Assembly: GCA_907165135.1 (NCBI GenBank)
Contig: OU015566.1
Span: 7,378,001 to 7,442,000 of the forward strand
DNA length: 64,000 nucleotides
From: Oikopleura dioica
Lineage: Eukaryota > Animalia > Chordata
Direction: 5' to 3'
The stretch's first letter is position 1; every line of letters begins with the position of its first letter. The position numbers were made by a program, and so were the translations under genes. Of this stretch, positions 47,746-60,639 are shown piece by piece. Under the pieces are notes generated by a model. The model was not told the DNA's origin and made no database searches. It saw only the letters and a list, made by a program, of their open reading frames with translations.

Positions 47746-49112
47746 ATGAGCGGGCTTAGGAGAAGAAACATAGCTCCAAGCGAGCCAGAGGAAGAAAATT
47801 CAACTTTTTTGGAGAAATTTAGAGAACTCGATGCATTTACGAAAATTACAGAAGAAGCCGAAGCGCCAAAAACGTCCCAGGGAGGCTTTTGCACCGGTAT
47901 TGATGTTTTTTCAAAAATAGAGTCTATTCAGCCTTTCAGTGATTACGTTTTCCGTGATGTTGCTCCTCTTGCTGGGCGAAATGACGGTCTGGTTTACGAC
48001 GACAAAGATCAAATACGAATTTGACGTCGATTCGGACTACGAGTCGAAGATGCATCTCAACATGGACATTACTTTCAACTCTCCTTGTCACATGATCAGC
48101 GCCGATATCGCCGATTCTTCGGGCGACGCATGGGGCTACAACTTTCAAATTCAAGAAGACGCCGCCGAATTTGAGCTTTCCAAAGAAAAAGCGCTGGAAA
48201 GAGCGAAGTTGTTGAAGATGAAGGAATCTATGACCGATCCGAATATGCGGTGAATTTAACTTGAGGAAGGAATTCTTAACGAGGGTTTTTAGGGATCAGC
48301 TTTTGCGAGAAGGTCACGATGTCCAACACTTAGAATTGAGTCGCGCAAAGAACAAGAAAATGATGGATCAGGGAATGATGCATAAAGTTGTCCAAATCAA
48401 CCTAGACCCAAGCGAACCGCAAGGCTGCCGCGTCTGGGGATCGATAGAATTACAAAAAATCGCTGGAACGATCAAAATCAGCGGCGGAGGAGTGGGTGGC
48501 ATTCCTGGTCTCCCAGGTGGCTTAGACGCGATCATGGGGATGTTCATGATGCCGATGATGGGCATGGGTGCGCAGATTCAAGATGTAAGACGAAATCTTC
48601 ATTTGCATTTTTGTAACGACTGCTCTTTCAGGGCAAAAAGGCTAATTTCAGCCATAGAATCGATCATTTTTCCTTCGGGGATCCTTCAAGCGGACTTGTT
48701 TACGGACTTGACGGCGATATTCAGATTCAAGAGAAAGAGACGGACGATACAACTTACGTTGTCAAGGTACAGCGAAAACCGAGGTTCGAGAATCACTCTG
48801 TTTAGGTCGTTCCTACTGACCTGAAGACCTTCAAATTTCAGCAGAAAGCGTACCAATACGCGGTAACCCAGCACGTTGGCAAATCTGAGAAACCAGGCGT
48901 CACCATCAAGTACGTCTTTGAGCCCCTTTCCAAAGGGCGCTTACGGCTTTTAGGTTATTGGATTGTTAAGGTACGACTTTTCCGGTCTTGGGGTCAGCAT
49001 CACCGAGTACCGTGAGAGTTTCGTCGGGCTTTTGACACGATTAGCGGGAATTTTAGGAGGTATCGCTGCCTCCTCAGGAATCCTTGCAAATGTGCTCAAT
49101 GCACTAAGCTGA
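47746..49112 (+). CDS. ERGIC2: ER-Golgi intermediate compartment protein 2 (Erv41-like)
   Basis: RELDAFTK, SQGG, KYEFDVDSDY..KMHLNMDIT, GCRVWG...KIAG, NFSHRIDHFSFG, PLDG-like GLDG, VVPT, KYDFS, RLAGILGG. Confidence 0.9.
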
Positions 49113-49197
49113 TTACTGTTAGAGTTCTACTGGACTGAACTCGCAACGATTTTCCGAAAGAGGATATTTGAACTCTTCAAGAAATTTCATTAACTAT

Positions 49198-52100
49198 TCA
49201 TATTTTCTGTAGCATCTGTACCTTCCTGTACGTATTTCGCTCTACTCCATCTACGTTTTTAGCATTCGAATGACCACGCAGATGATCGAGAATAAAATTA
49301 TTTATATATTCAAACCGAACACTTGTCGATGAACGTATTTCTAATTTTGCCATGGAAATTTTCGTTAGACAAATGTCGATTTTGAATTTCATTTATTTCT
49401 CATTATGTTACGTTGTATTCGTTTTCTCTTTGGAACAAACCAAGGGAGGAAAGATAGGTACGATCGAAAGAGGACAGTTGGTCGGAGTTGAGGATGAGAT
49501 TGCAAATTTCGACTTCTTCGCGGGAAGCAGTCGGCTCTCCAGCCATTGTTCTACCTAAGCTGGACCTGGAAAGGTCGCTCTTGAGACTGGTGAGGGCAGA
49601 CATTAGGTATTCTTTACGAAAGTTATAAATTGTAGACCAGACTCGGCTCATTTTCGTTAAACGACTTGCGAGATGGTTGAGGGCACATCAATCCTAACTT
49701 TTCCTATATTTCGCAAGTCTTTTTCCTTCAGAATTTTCGGCGCTATGTGTAGGAGTCTGAAGTAGACCATTCCCTTGTCTATCTTTGGCAGGGTGGGGAA
49801 AGGTCTACGGCACAGCACGGCACGGCACTGCGGCACGGACACGGCACGGCACGTGCCGTGCCGTGCCGCTCCATTCAGTGAATTTCAGTTTGGACACGGC
49901 ACGGTGCCGCGGCACTGGGGTTAGGGTTAGGCGCAGCCCCGTTCCTTGATTTTTAAATTTAAGGGGCTTGACGGCCCTTCGGGCCGTTTCAGCCCCGTTC
50001 CTTGATTTTTAAATTTAAGGGGCTTGACGGCCCTTCGGGCCGTTTCAGCCCCGTTCCTTGATTTTTAAATTTAAGGGCTTGACGGCCCTTCGGGCCGTTT
50101 CAGCCCCGTTCCTTGATTTTTAAATTTAAGGGGCTTGACGGCCCTTCGGGCCGTTTCAGCCCCGTTCCTTGATTTTTAAATTTAAGGGGCTTGACGGCCC
50201 TTCGGGCCGTTTCAGCCCCGTTCCTTGATTTTAAATTTAAGGGCTTGACGGCCCTTCGGGCCGTTTCAGCCCCGTTCCTTGATTTTTAAATTTAAGGGGC
50301 TTGACGGCCCTTCGGGCCGTTTCAGCCCCGTTCCTTGATTTTTAAATTTAAGGGCTTGACGGCCCTTCGGGCCGTTTCAGCCCCGTTCCTTGATTTTTAA
50401 ATTTAAGGGGCTTGACGGCCCTTCGGGCCGTTTCAGCCCCGTTCCTTGATTTTAAATTTAAGGGGCTTGACGGCCCTTCGGGCCGTTTCAGCCCCGTTCC
50501 TTGATTTTTAAATTTAAGGGGCTTGACGGCCCTTCGGGCCGTTTCAGCCCCGTTTCTTGATTTTTAAATTTAAGGGGCTTGACGGCCCTTCGGGCCGTTT
50601 CAGCCCCGTTCCTTGATTTTTAAATTTAAGGGGCTTGACGGCCCTTCGGGCCGTTTCAGCCCCGTTCCTTGATTTTTAAATTTAAGGGGCTTGACGGCCC
50701 TTCGGGCCGTTTCAGCCCCGTTCCTTGATTTTTAAATTTAAGGGGCTTGACGGCCCTTCGGGCCGTTTCAGCCCCGTTCCTTGATTTTTAAATTTAAGGG
50801 CTTGACGGCCCTTCGGGCCGTTTCAGCCCCGTTCCTTGATTTTTAAATTTAAGGGCTTGACGGCCCTTCGGGCCGTTTCAGCCCCGTTCCTTGATTTTTA
50901 AATTTAAGGGGCTTGACGGCCCTTCGGGCCGTTTCAGCCCCGTTCCTTGATTTTTAAATTTAAGGGGCTTGACGGCCCTTCGGGCCGTTTCAGCCCCGTT
51001 CCTTGATTTTTAAATTTAAGGGGCTTGACGGCCCTTCGGGCCGTTTCAGCCCCGTTCCTTGATTTTTAAATTTAAGGGGCTTGACGGCCCTTCGGGCCGT
51101 TTCAGCCCCGTTCCTTGATTTTTAAATTTAAGGGCTTGACGGCCCTTCGGGCCGTTTCAGCCCCGTTCCTTGATTTTTAAATTTAAGGGCTTGACGGCCC
51201 TTCGGGCCGTTTCAGCCCCGTTCCTTGATTTTAAATTTAAGGGCTTGACGGCCCTTCGGGCCGTTTCAGCCCCGTTCCTTGATTTTTAAATTTAAGGGGC
51301 TTGACGGCCCTTCGGGCCGTTTCAGCCCCGTTCCTTGATTTTTAAATTTAAGGGGCTTGACGGCCCTTCGGGCCGTTTCAGCCCCGTTCCTTGATTTTAA
51401 ATTTAAGGGGCTTGACGGCCCTTCGGGCCGTTTCAGCCCCGTTCCTTGATTTTTAAATTTAAGGGGCTTGACGGCCCTTCGGGCCGTTTCAGCCCCGTTC
51501 CTTGATTTTTAAATTTAAGGGGCTTGACGGCCCTTCGGGCCGTTTCAGCCCCGTTCCTTGATTTTTAAATTTAAGGGCTTGACGGCCCTTCGGGCCGTTT
51601 CAGCCCCGTTCCTTGATTTTTAAATTTAAGGGGCTTGACGGCCCTTCGGGCCGTTTCAGCCCCGTTCCTTGATTTTTAAATTTAAGGGGCTTGACGGCCC
51701 TTCGGGCCGTTTCAGCCCCGTTCCTTGATTTTTAAATTTAAGGGGCTTGACGGCCCTTCGGGCCGTTTCAGCCCCGTTCCTTGATTTTTAAATTTAAGGG
51801 CTTGACGGCCCTTCGGGCCGTTTCAGCCCCGTTCCTTGATTTTTAAATTTAAGGGGCTTGACGGCCCTTCGGGCCGTTTCAGCCCCGTTCCTTGATTTTT
51901 AAATTTAAGGGGCTTGACGGCCCTTCGGGCCGTTTCAGCCCCGTTCCTTGATTTTTAAATTTAAGGGGCTTGACGGCCCTTCGGGCCGTTTCAGCCCCGT
52001 TCCTTGATTTTTAAATTTAAGGGGCTTGACGGCCCTTCGGGCCGTTTCAGCCCCGTTCCTTGATTTTTAAATTTAAGGGGCTTGACGGCCCTTCGGGCCG

Positions 52101-55100
52101 TTTCAGCCCCGTTCCTTGATTTTAAATTTAAGGGCTTGACGGCCCTTCGGGCCGTTTCAGCCCCGTTCCTTGATTTTTAAATTTAAGGGCTTGACGGCCC
52201 TTCGGGCCGTTTCAGCCCCGTTCCTTGATTTTTAAATTTAAGGGGCTTGACGGCCCTTCGGGCCGTTTCAGCCCCGTTCCTTGATTTTTAAATTTAAGGG
52301 GCTTGACGGCCCTTCGGGCCGTTTCAGCCCCGTTCCTTGATTTTTAAATTTAAGGGCTTGACGGCCCTTCGGGCCGTTTCAGCCCCGTTCCTTGATTTTT
52401 AAATTTAAGGGGCTTGACGGCCCTTCGGGCCGTTTCAGCCCCGTTCCTTGATTTTTAAATTTAAGGGCTTGACGGCCCTTCGGGCCGTTTCAGCCCCGTT
52501 CCTTGATTTTTAAATTTAAGGGGCTTGACGGCCCTTCGGGCCGTTTCAGCCCCGTTCCTTGATTTTAAATTTAAGGGCTTGACGGCCCTTCGGGCCGTTT
52601 CAGCCCCGTTCCTTGATTTTTAAATTTAAGGGGCTTGACGGCCCTTCGGGCCGTTTCAGCCCCGTTCCTTGATTTTAAATTTAAGGGGCTTGACGGCCCT
52701 TCGGGCCGTTTCAGCCCCGTTCCTTGATTTTAAATTTAAGGGCTTGACGGCCCTTCGGGCCGTTTCAGCCCCGTTCCTTGATTTTTAAATTTAAGGGCTT
52801 GACGGCCCTTCGGGCCGTTTCAGCCCCGTTCCTTGATTTTTAAATTTAAGGGCTTGACGGCCCTTCGGGCCGTTTCAGCCCCGTTCCTTGATTTTTAAAT
52901 TTAAGGGGCTTGACGGCCCTTCGGGCCGTTTCAGCCCCGTTCCTTGATTTTTAAATTTAAGGGCTTGACGGCCCTTCGGGCCGTTTCAGCCCCGTTCCTT
53001 GATTTTAAATTTAAGGGGCTTGACGGCCCTTCGGGCCGTTTCAGCCCCGTTCCTTGATTTTTAAATTTAAGGGCTTGACGGCCCTTCGGGCCGTTTCAGC
53101 CCCGTTCCTTGATTTTAAATTTAAGGGCTTGACGGCCCTTCGGGCCGTTTCAGCCCCGTTCCTTGATTTTTAAATTTAAGGGGCTTGACAATGGCAGGGA
53201 ACTCTGAGGTGATCAATTTCAGTTACTTCCCAAACCCCACCCTCCCCCATTAACTGTTAAAATACAATTTATCCAGGTTTTTATTCAAATTATGGTTTTT
53301 TTTTTCAGATTTCAAAAAAAAAATTTCAAAATTTTTCGAAAATAATTTTTCACGAAATTTCTCGGCCGATACATACGGTGCAGACGAATTGATCAAGTTA
53401 AATTTTATTCAAATATTTTTGAGTGTTTTTTACGAGAAAAAAAGGAAAAAACTGTGCCGTGCCGTGCTGTGCCGTGTCCCGGCACGCGTTCTTAAATTTT
53501 TTGCCGTGCCGTGCCGTGCCGTGCCGCGGCACAGGAATTTTCGGTGTGCCGTGCCGTGCCGGTGCCGTTGAATTTTCTTAAGACATTCCCCACCCTGATC
53601 TTTGGGATGAGTGGAATCTGTTTCACCACGCGGAGCATTTTCCCACAGCTGAAGATTTCCATCAACAAATCGAAGAGGATTTTCTTTTCATGCTCGTTCC
53701 CTGACAGCTCGTCGAGAAACTCTTCCACTGTTTTATCTCTCCTTTTTAAGAGTTGTGAAAAATGGTAAAATTTGATGAAATTCTTTTGTTTTTGAAACTC
53801 TTTCTGAAGTATCTTGAGCAGAGTTGATGTTTTGCGTCTAAATCGATATCGGCTAGTAGAAGAGTTCTTAGCATCTCGCTCTGGAGGAGAAATTCACCAT
53901 TATCTTTCGTAAGATGCAAGGCCAACAAACGGATTTCAAAATGAAGGACATTATATTTGAAATTCTAATGAAAGAACAGACTCATTCGAAATCCCCACAG
54001 GAAAATATACTCGTCACCAAATTAGCATTTTCTTAATCTGTCTCATTCTATGAAATCCGTTTCTTTGCCCATCTACGCAATCTTTCCCCATCTGGTTTGT
54101 ATGACATCTTCATGCTAACAGCAAGATAGACCAAATAACCCAGAGGATCGTCCAAGTCGCTACTTGATTCGATGTTTTCAAGACAGGTCAAACAGAATTG
54201 CTCATCTTCGTTTCTGCTGGCGAAATCAAGCGCGAACAACAGCCTGAAGATTATCGTTTCTTTATTGTTTGAAGTTGACACTTACCCAAATCGGCCGGGA
54301 TTTTTGGCGTATTCTTTGAATGTTCTCCCGTGCGTCGTTAAAGAAACTGTTTCCAGGATCAATTTGAAGATTACATCTCCTGTTTTGAGTGAATGAAAAA
54401 CGGATTTATCCAATTTATTTTGAATGAGAGGAGACAATTTCTAGAGCTAAACAGAAACAATATCGTTATTTCAAAGTCCACGCACTCGGCGGAACAAAAT
54501 GGGCTTCCGGAGGCGGAAGGCTTTTAAAAAGGTATGAAATTCTGTGAACAGGGAATATATACGGATTTCCCGAAAAGCAGTTTATCACACTTGACATTCA
54601 TTGATTCAAAAATTTATACAACTCTATGAAGACATGTGCCTTTGATTCACTGATAAGACACATTTTTATCAGACGGTAAAAGTAGAAGTGCCGGCAAATG
54701 TGAATAATACGGCCCGAAAGGCATTTATTTATTGAAAATTCTATCATATAAAATGCAATGTTGAGCGTTGTCAAACGTTCCGTTATAATTTTTCTTATAA
54801 ATTTCTTCAAGATTATTGAGATTTTTCAGGCGCTAAGAGAAGCTACTGGGGCAAATGCGACCGATGATTCCTCCAAGCTGGAGAAAGATCAGTCTCCACC
54901 GCCGAGTCGGGGGTTTAGCCAGCATCTTATCGATGGGTATGTTAATTTCTCACATAATGTTGAGGAACTAATTATTTTTAGAAATTACGCAGTTGCCCTG
55001 GACATATTTTTAATGGTAATTTTCTTCGGAATCTGCTTTTGCTGGTCGATTTTCCTGATTGTCATGAAAATGTAAAGAAAAAAATCGTTTCACTGTTCCT

Positions 55101-57874
55101 ATTACTTCAAAAGTTTCCTCACTCCAATTGCCAAGTTGTGTATCTAAAAGTCTGTCCAGGCGAATGACGCGATCAATAAATTGTTCTTCGATCATAGCAA
55201 ACTCTTTTCCAAGCTTCAAGAAGATTCCCTTTGGTAGCAATGCCCTAATGCTGGGGTACATATTGTCACAGCCGATCTTTTTTGAGGATTCTAAAGACAA
55301 TGAGGCTCTGGTAGCGTCCACCGTGACGCATTTCGCGTAGAGAGAGTACCAACCGCAAAATCGTCAAAGCCTCTTTCATGGAGGGCAACCATGAGCCGAT
55401 TCGAAATCCCATCACCTGAGAACAGATTTTCAGAAAATATAGCTTCCCATTCAGTGGCATCTCGACCTTTTGCGCTGACAACGATTTGATAAGGCTCAGC
55501 GGGTGATTTGTATCCATGGCGATGTTTATCACGATGTCTCTGATGATTTCGTCCTCTATTTCGTCCAAAAGTCGCATGGATAAATAGCTGATGGAGATGA
55601 ACTGCTGCGTCTTCCATTCGATATCATCATCAAGGACCCAAACTGACGGGTCGAGAATCGTCGTAATGAGCTCAAGAAAGTCTCTTTTCGACATTAACCG
55701 ATTGCACCAGTGAAGAGAAGCGCCTATGCAAAAAGATGTATGAACTGGATCTTCGTACATTTGGTCCATCCATAATCTTATACGCTTATAAGGGAGTTTT
55801 TGTACGTTTCCGATTCTAACATATGAAAGAATATCTTCTATATAAATATATACAATTTATAAGCGTTTCCTGGACATCTTGGCAATCTCATCTGAGCTCT
55901 TGAAGAGCGGAAACTCGGGCTTTCGGGGATAAAATAATGCGATTTTCTATGACTAGAGAGGAATCTAAGTTCACCGAATTTCAAGCTGTTCAATTTTCCA
56001 TATTTGAACCTCGAGATATTTGAAAATATTGATATGAACCCCTTCTTTCCGAACAGTGCTATTTTTTCGATTATCGATAGAAGTAAGGTCCCACTTTCCG
56101 GCGCAGGGCCGCGAAAATGGCTCGCTTCCAAGTCTCCATTTTCATCCGAAAAGAGTCCGACGATGTGATGCACTGAAGCCGTGTTTTTATGGAATTGATG
56201 GAAGTGGAATTAATACTTACAAGCGGGGATAACGCTGTTATAGTAGTATTTGTCGAAGAAAGGCATTTCTTCTTGACTAATGACAATATCAATTATCAGA
56301 CTAAATTCGAGCTCCTTATCATAATAGGAAGCCTTTATCGCGGTAAAAACAGGAGCTCTTTCCTGAGAAAATTCAAACAAGTGGATATTTCCATGCAATT
56401 CGGGTTTTCCTTGAAGCTGAAGAGGTAGTCTCCAACGATGTCCATAAAATCCATCTGCAAAAAATCGTCCAGCATTCCTGGAAATTTTAAAACACAAACG
56501 CGGAGCACTGAAAACTCTCCAGAGGAAGCCTTATTTGGTGATATTCGACGCCTGTTCTGTCCCTTAGTGGAACATATAATCCTCAGTGGAAACTTATCGA
56601 TAGACTACTCGTGCCGAAGACGTGCGCAGTCTCAAAAAATATGATATATAAATAGGGTTATATCACTTTCCTTGGCTCTCAGCCGATTCAAGATAGCTGG
56701 AATGGACTTAAAATTGATGAAAAACCAGTTTATTACTTTAAGTACCTGTTTGAAGAACTTTTGATCGATCTCTCCTGGTGGAATGTTGTGAATGATCATG
56801 CACATCCAGCTGAGGTCCTGATCTCCGATGTCATCCGTAGTTAGGATTTGCTTGAGGACAGCAGATGCAAAGCCATCTTTGAGATTGACAGGCATCTTGA
56901 GGAGATGGAGGGCTTTCATAAATCCCGGCCGGAAAGTGAAGAATGGAGAAGTCATGACCACATCTTCGATATCTTCTCGTAGATGATGAAGCAGACCACT
57001 GTATCTCTCAAGTGGGTAGTGCTCTTCTTTGATATTCGTAAAAACAGTGGCGAGAAAGACGACGCCTTCTTGCATCGGAATCGTATGCTTTTCGATCTTC
57101 GATATAGTTTCCTTCGTAAACGCGTCTTTTCCGCGCTCATGAGTAATTCGTATTTCGAGAAAGGCGAATTTAAGACTTGCAATCATTCTCTGAATCCTTA
57201 GTCCTGATCCTTTTTAGAATGAAAGAAAATTCTTAAACGAAATTTATGCGGATAAGACTTCGATCTTCCGCGGAAATCGTCGAATTCATCATGTCCCTGT
57301 CTATCAGAAGATCAAAATTTAATAAAGCGTGTCCTAGCATTTCAAAATGAACATCTCCAAAAAGGCCGAAGAATTGCGAGAATGCTCCTTGCAGAATGAA
57401 TTTTGCTTCTTCACCTGGTTCTTCGCGATATCCGACTAGACAGGAGAAAATTTAATGTATAGGATGATTCAAAACTGTTCCTACCTTGTGTACCAAAGAT
57501 TATGTACGACTCGAGAAGAGCGAACATAATTTTTCTGTACTCAATATGCCGCAAAAATTCTTCAATCATTGCGGTCGTGACATAATCGACGAAGAATGTC
57601 AAATGCTGAAGAAAAGTCGAAGGCCCTCGTGAGTCGACAAGCAAATTCAAATTGCAAAATACACACCTAAGAAAAAAGTTAGGAGCTAATGTTCTTGTTA
57701 CTCGAGATAGAATCATCGACATTGAGAATTTCCTACGCATCTGTTTTGTCTAGGATTCAATCCAAATTTGCCCCAAAAATTCCGTGAAGAAACTTACCCT
57801 CCTTGACTCTTGAACAAATTGTCGCAACTGCAATATTTTTGAGGAACATTCTCATTCGGATTCATTTCTCTCAT
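49198..57874 (-). CDS. Large multi-exon, predicted alpha-helical (ARM/HEAT-like) protein, family unassigned, interrupted by a hAT element
   Basis: Chain of Leu/Ile-rich minus-strand ORFs (57411, 56632, 56210, 55838, 55266, 55010, 54048, 53746, 53492, 49657, 49403, 49198) separated by short introns; frame KQIPLIPK/IDKGMVYF is continuous across the insertion. Confidence 0.7.
49789..53597. mobile_element. 3.8-kb hAT-type element carrying a satellite, inserted in a coding exon
   Basis: 12-bp TIR CAGGGTGGGGAA at both ends; 8-bp TSD ATCTTTGG at 49781-49788 and 53598-53605; GGCAC/GTGCC subterminal repeats. Confidence 0.92.
49934..53189. repeat. Tandem satellite, 54-56-bp unit, ~58 copies
   Basis: Unit CAGCCCCGTTCCTTGATTTTTAAATTTAAGGGGCTTGACGGCCCTTCGGGCCGTTT; variants are almost only T4/T5 and G3/G4 run lengths. 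Confidence 0.99.
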
Positions 57875-58392
57875 CTGCTCGTTTTTTTTAAGTTTTTGTT
57901 ATTTCACGATTATGGTTCCCCATTTCGCTCTAGAAAGAGAGAGAGAGAGCTCGAGTCAAAAAATAAGTCGCTGCCCTGCTTATTTTGTGTTGCCATGAAA
58001 TCAAGAGAAATAACATTCCGACCACAAATGTGGATCTATTAATATATTATAATAAAAGTAAGTCGAGGTAAAATACAGTTTCTATGAGAGGTATAAAATA
58101 GTAGTGCAGTGGTTTAAAAATTAAAGCTACAGTAAAAAGAATTCGGTCAAAACCGCCATTTCGGAAGAAGCAGTCAAGGTATGGTCGATAAAGAAGGAAA
58201 TTTATCACGTGAGTATATGAATTTTTGTCGCTAGAAATAAGACAAATGCCGTGTATTCGGTCAACCAAAGCTTAAATACGGGCAATTGGCAGATTTTTTG
58301 GCGATTTTTGAGGAGAAATATTGTTACTCACATGATTCACATAAAAAGAGCTCTAAGTAGTTGATGTTCAGGAAGAAGTTAAATTGAAAGTT

Positions 58393-58837
58393 TTAGTCCA
58401 TTTTAGTCTTTTGTTCGGCCGGAGAATCATGATCTTCGAGTTCGGCGACTTCCACCCCGTCGACGGAAGCAAACGCAGCCGATTGGGGCCGCTCCGTTGG
58501 AGTTGGTCTCCTCGTCGTCCCGGTTAGCGGCTGTGGATTTTGGACACTTCTGACTCTTTCTCGGGTCTTTTGGCGAGTCGATTCTGTCTTGTGTTTTTTC
58601 GCTATCCTTGCCATCGTCGTTGAATTCTCCGAGAACTTCTTTCAGGTCCTTCCCGTCGTAGATTTCCCAAGGAGCCACTCTGTGGAGCTGCTTCTTTTCG
58701 AGCTTCGGCCGGCCTCGGCATTGAGACTTCTCGCCCCAAATGGGCAGCTCTGTGCCTCCTGCCGAGCTCGTAGCCGATCTCTGGAAGGATCTGGTAACCT
58801 CTTGGATCGAGCCAGAGGCTGCCTTCTGCTTGTGCAT
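58393..58837 (-). CDS. Small charged protein with an AT-hook-like RGRPK; C-terminal frame ambiguous
   Basis: ORF 58427-58837 (CRGRPKLEKK) with overlapping ORF 58393-58614, whose tail also looks coding. Confidence 0.35.
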
Positions 58838-58926
58838 ATCTTGCTTAGAGGACGGAATCTTCGCCGTTGGATATCTTTGGGCACACGCCTTGAACCGGGC
58901 GCGGCCAAACCTATATCAGAAAAAAT

Positions 58927-58990
58927 GGCGGGAAACGCGTTTGACTGGCAAGTGAGCGAGTGCGCGCTCCGAGCAAGAGATAGATTGGCC
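58927..58990 (-). promoter_or_regulatory. E2F-like site plus CCAAT box upstream of the small minus-strand gene
   Basis: GGCGGGAAA (reverse complement TTTCCCGCC) at 58927 and ATTGG at 58984 in a GC-rich island; motif match only. Confidence 0.3.
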
Positions 58991-60639
58991 CGAGGCGTAG
59001 AACGCTCGGCGCTAAAAAGAAAAAAGATAAAGCTCTGGTGGCGCTACACAACTCGAGCGACCGTGATTTACATAATTTAAATCACAACGAACGGCCTTTT
59101 TCGGTTATGTTTAATCTAGGTGTATTAATCTATAATTTTATATAATCCTCTTTTCAAAAAAAACCATATACGAAATCAAGATTGAAATTTTAAATTTAGT
59201 GCAACTAAAGATTTAGAAAAGCTACCGAAGCACTTCCGCGGATCTCGAGTGGGATTAACCTGGTCTCTAGTAAGATTTTGCCTGGTGTGAAAAAGGGGAT
59301 TAGGCACCCGTGGAACAAGAAGACATTCTTAGATGCGCATCCGGATTGACGACGTCTTCCTGTGGTCATCACGGGACTCGTCCTGTTTCGAAATATTCTC
59401 ACAGGAAACTGAAAATTAGAATAGTTTAATTCTTAGATTTGTGTTGGAATATCCAGCTGTGAGGAAATAATAGCGTGAGCACCAATATAATACTGGTACA
59501 ATTTGTGGATTCTTATGGAATTTTCTTAATTCAAAATAATTTCCATCTTTTCCCTAAAACGTTCATCTGAGACTGTACGACGTATAGTTGGTAGTCTGAG
59601 GATTTTCCCGGGCTGAAAGCGTAAAAATGAGGTAAGATTGACGTTTGCGCGCAGTTTTATAGACAAGAATATTGATAGACACCAACAAGTCTGCTGTTCC
59701 TTGAATCTTCGTCAAGGTAATCTGCTAGTAGCTTTTTAACTAAAGTCTAGCCCTAAGAGTACGCTTTAATCGATTGATAATGATATGTAAATCGACTTAT
59801 GTGCACTACTAATATTAATTAAGCGCTGAGCCGATCGACCTCTGGTTATGGTAATGGTATACTCCGTTTTTGGTCAATAAATGTAAATAAGAACACCTAA
59901 ACATGTAGTTCGTTTCCATATTTAACACCCCCATGAAGCATTTGTTGGACTGTCTGATTTTTTCAAACATATTCATTGACGGTCGATGATTCAGGAATGC
60001 TAAAATTTCTCCTTACTCCAATTCGTTAGTAAATTCTGAACCGCCTTATTTGATGGAAATTTTCCTGTCTGGATATGAGTCTGATCGACATCGAATAATT
60101 AATCGAAAGATATCTTGGATTGACACATGTAGACATGGATATCTGACAGGGAACGGAGTGCTTAATATGGACAAAAGAGACACAGTGTCTTGATGATTCG
60201 TAAGATCTTGGCTAGGAATCCAAAAATGAACTGCTAGAAGAACTCTTGAAAAAAAAAATAGAAGTGACAATTGCTATAATTGAAGATTCAAATTCTCTTC
60301 CTTGATATCAATCCCAAAACTGAAAATAATCCTGGTTCAAATTTTACGAAGTTTGCCCTTTTGTAGACTCCAAAAGTAGTCACCATATCTACACGTATGT
60401 ATTGGCCCATGTGCTGGCGCTGAAAAGCTAACCACCGCCGCGGTTGGACAATCGCCTTTTGTCGCGTGAACCGGTCGCTCTCTACCGAGTACCTAACGCG
60501 TTTAACGGTCTTCTAAAATTGTCAACATGTCGCCCTCGTCCACTTGGAGCGGGCACCAGTTGGTGTCTTTTTCGCTGATGATATATAACAACTATCCAGG
60601 AAACCGACCAGCTCATACCCGAACAGAGTACCACGCGAA

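Noticed and set aside
49918-49930. Telomere or chromosome end
   Set aside because: Only about two TTAGGG units, internal to a transposon, with genes on both sides.
49934-53189. CRISPR-like array
   Set aside because: Units are contiguous and identical with no unique spacers, there are no cas genes, and the context is eukaryotic; it is a tandem satellite.
49198-57874. Naming the large helical protein (e.g. MEI1-like)
   Set aside because: Only a CxxC near the N-terminus and general helical composition; insufficient for a symbol.
59200-60300. Scattered minus-strand exon-like segments
   Set aside because: No consistent frame or recognisable domain by eye.
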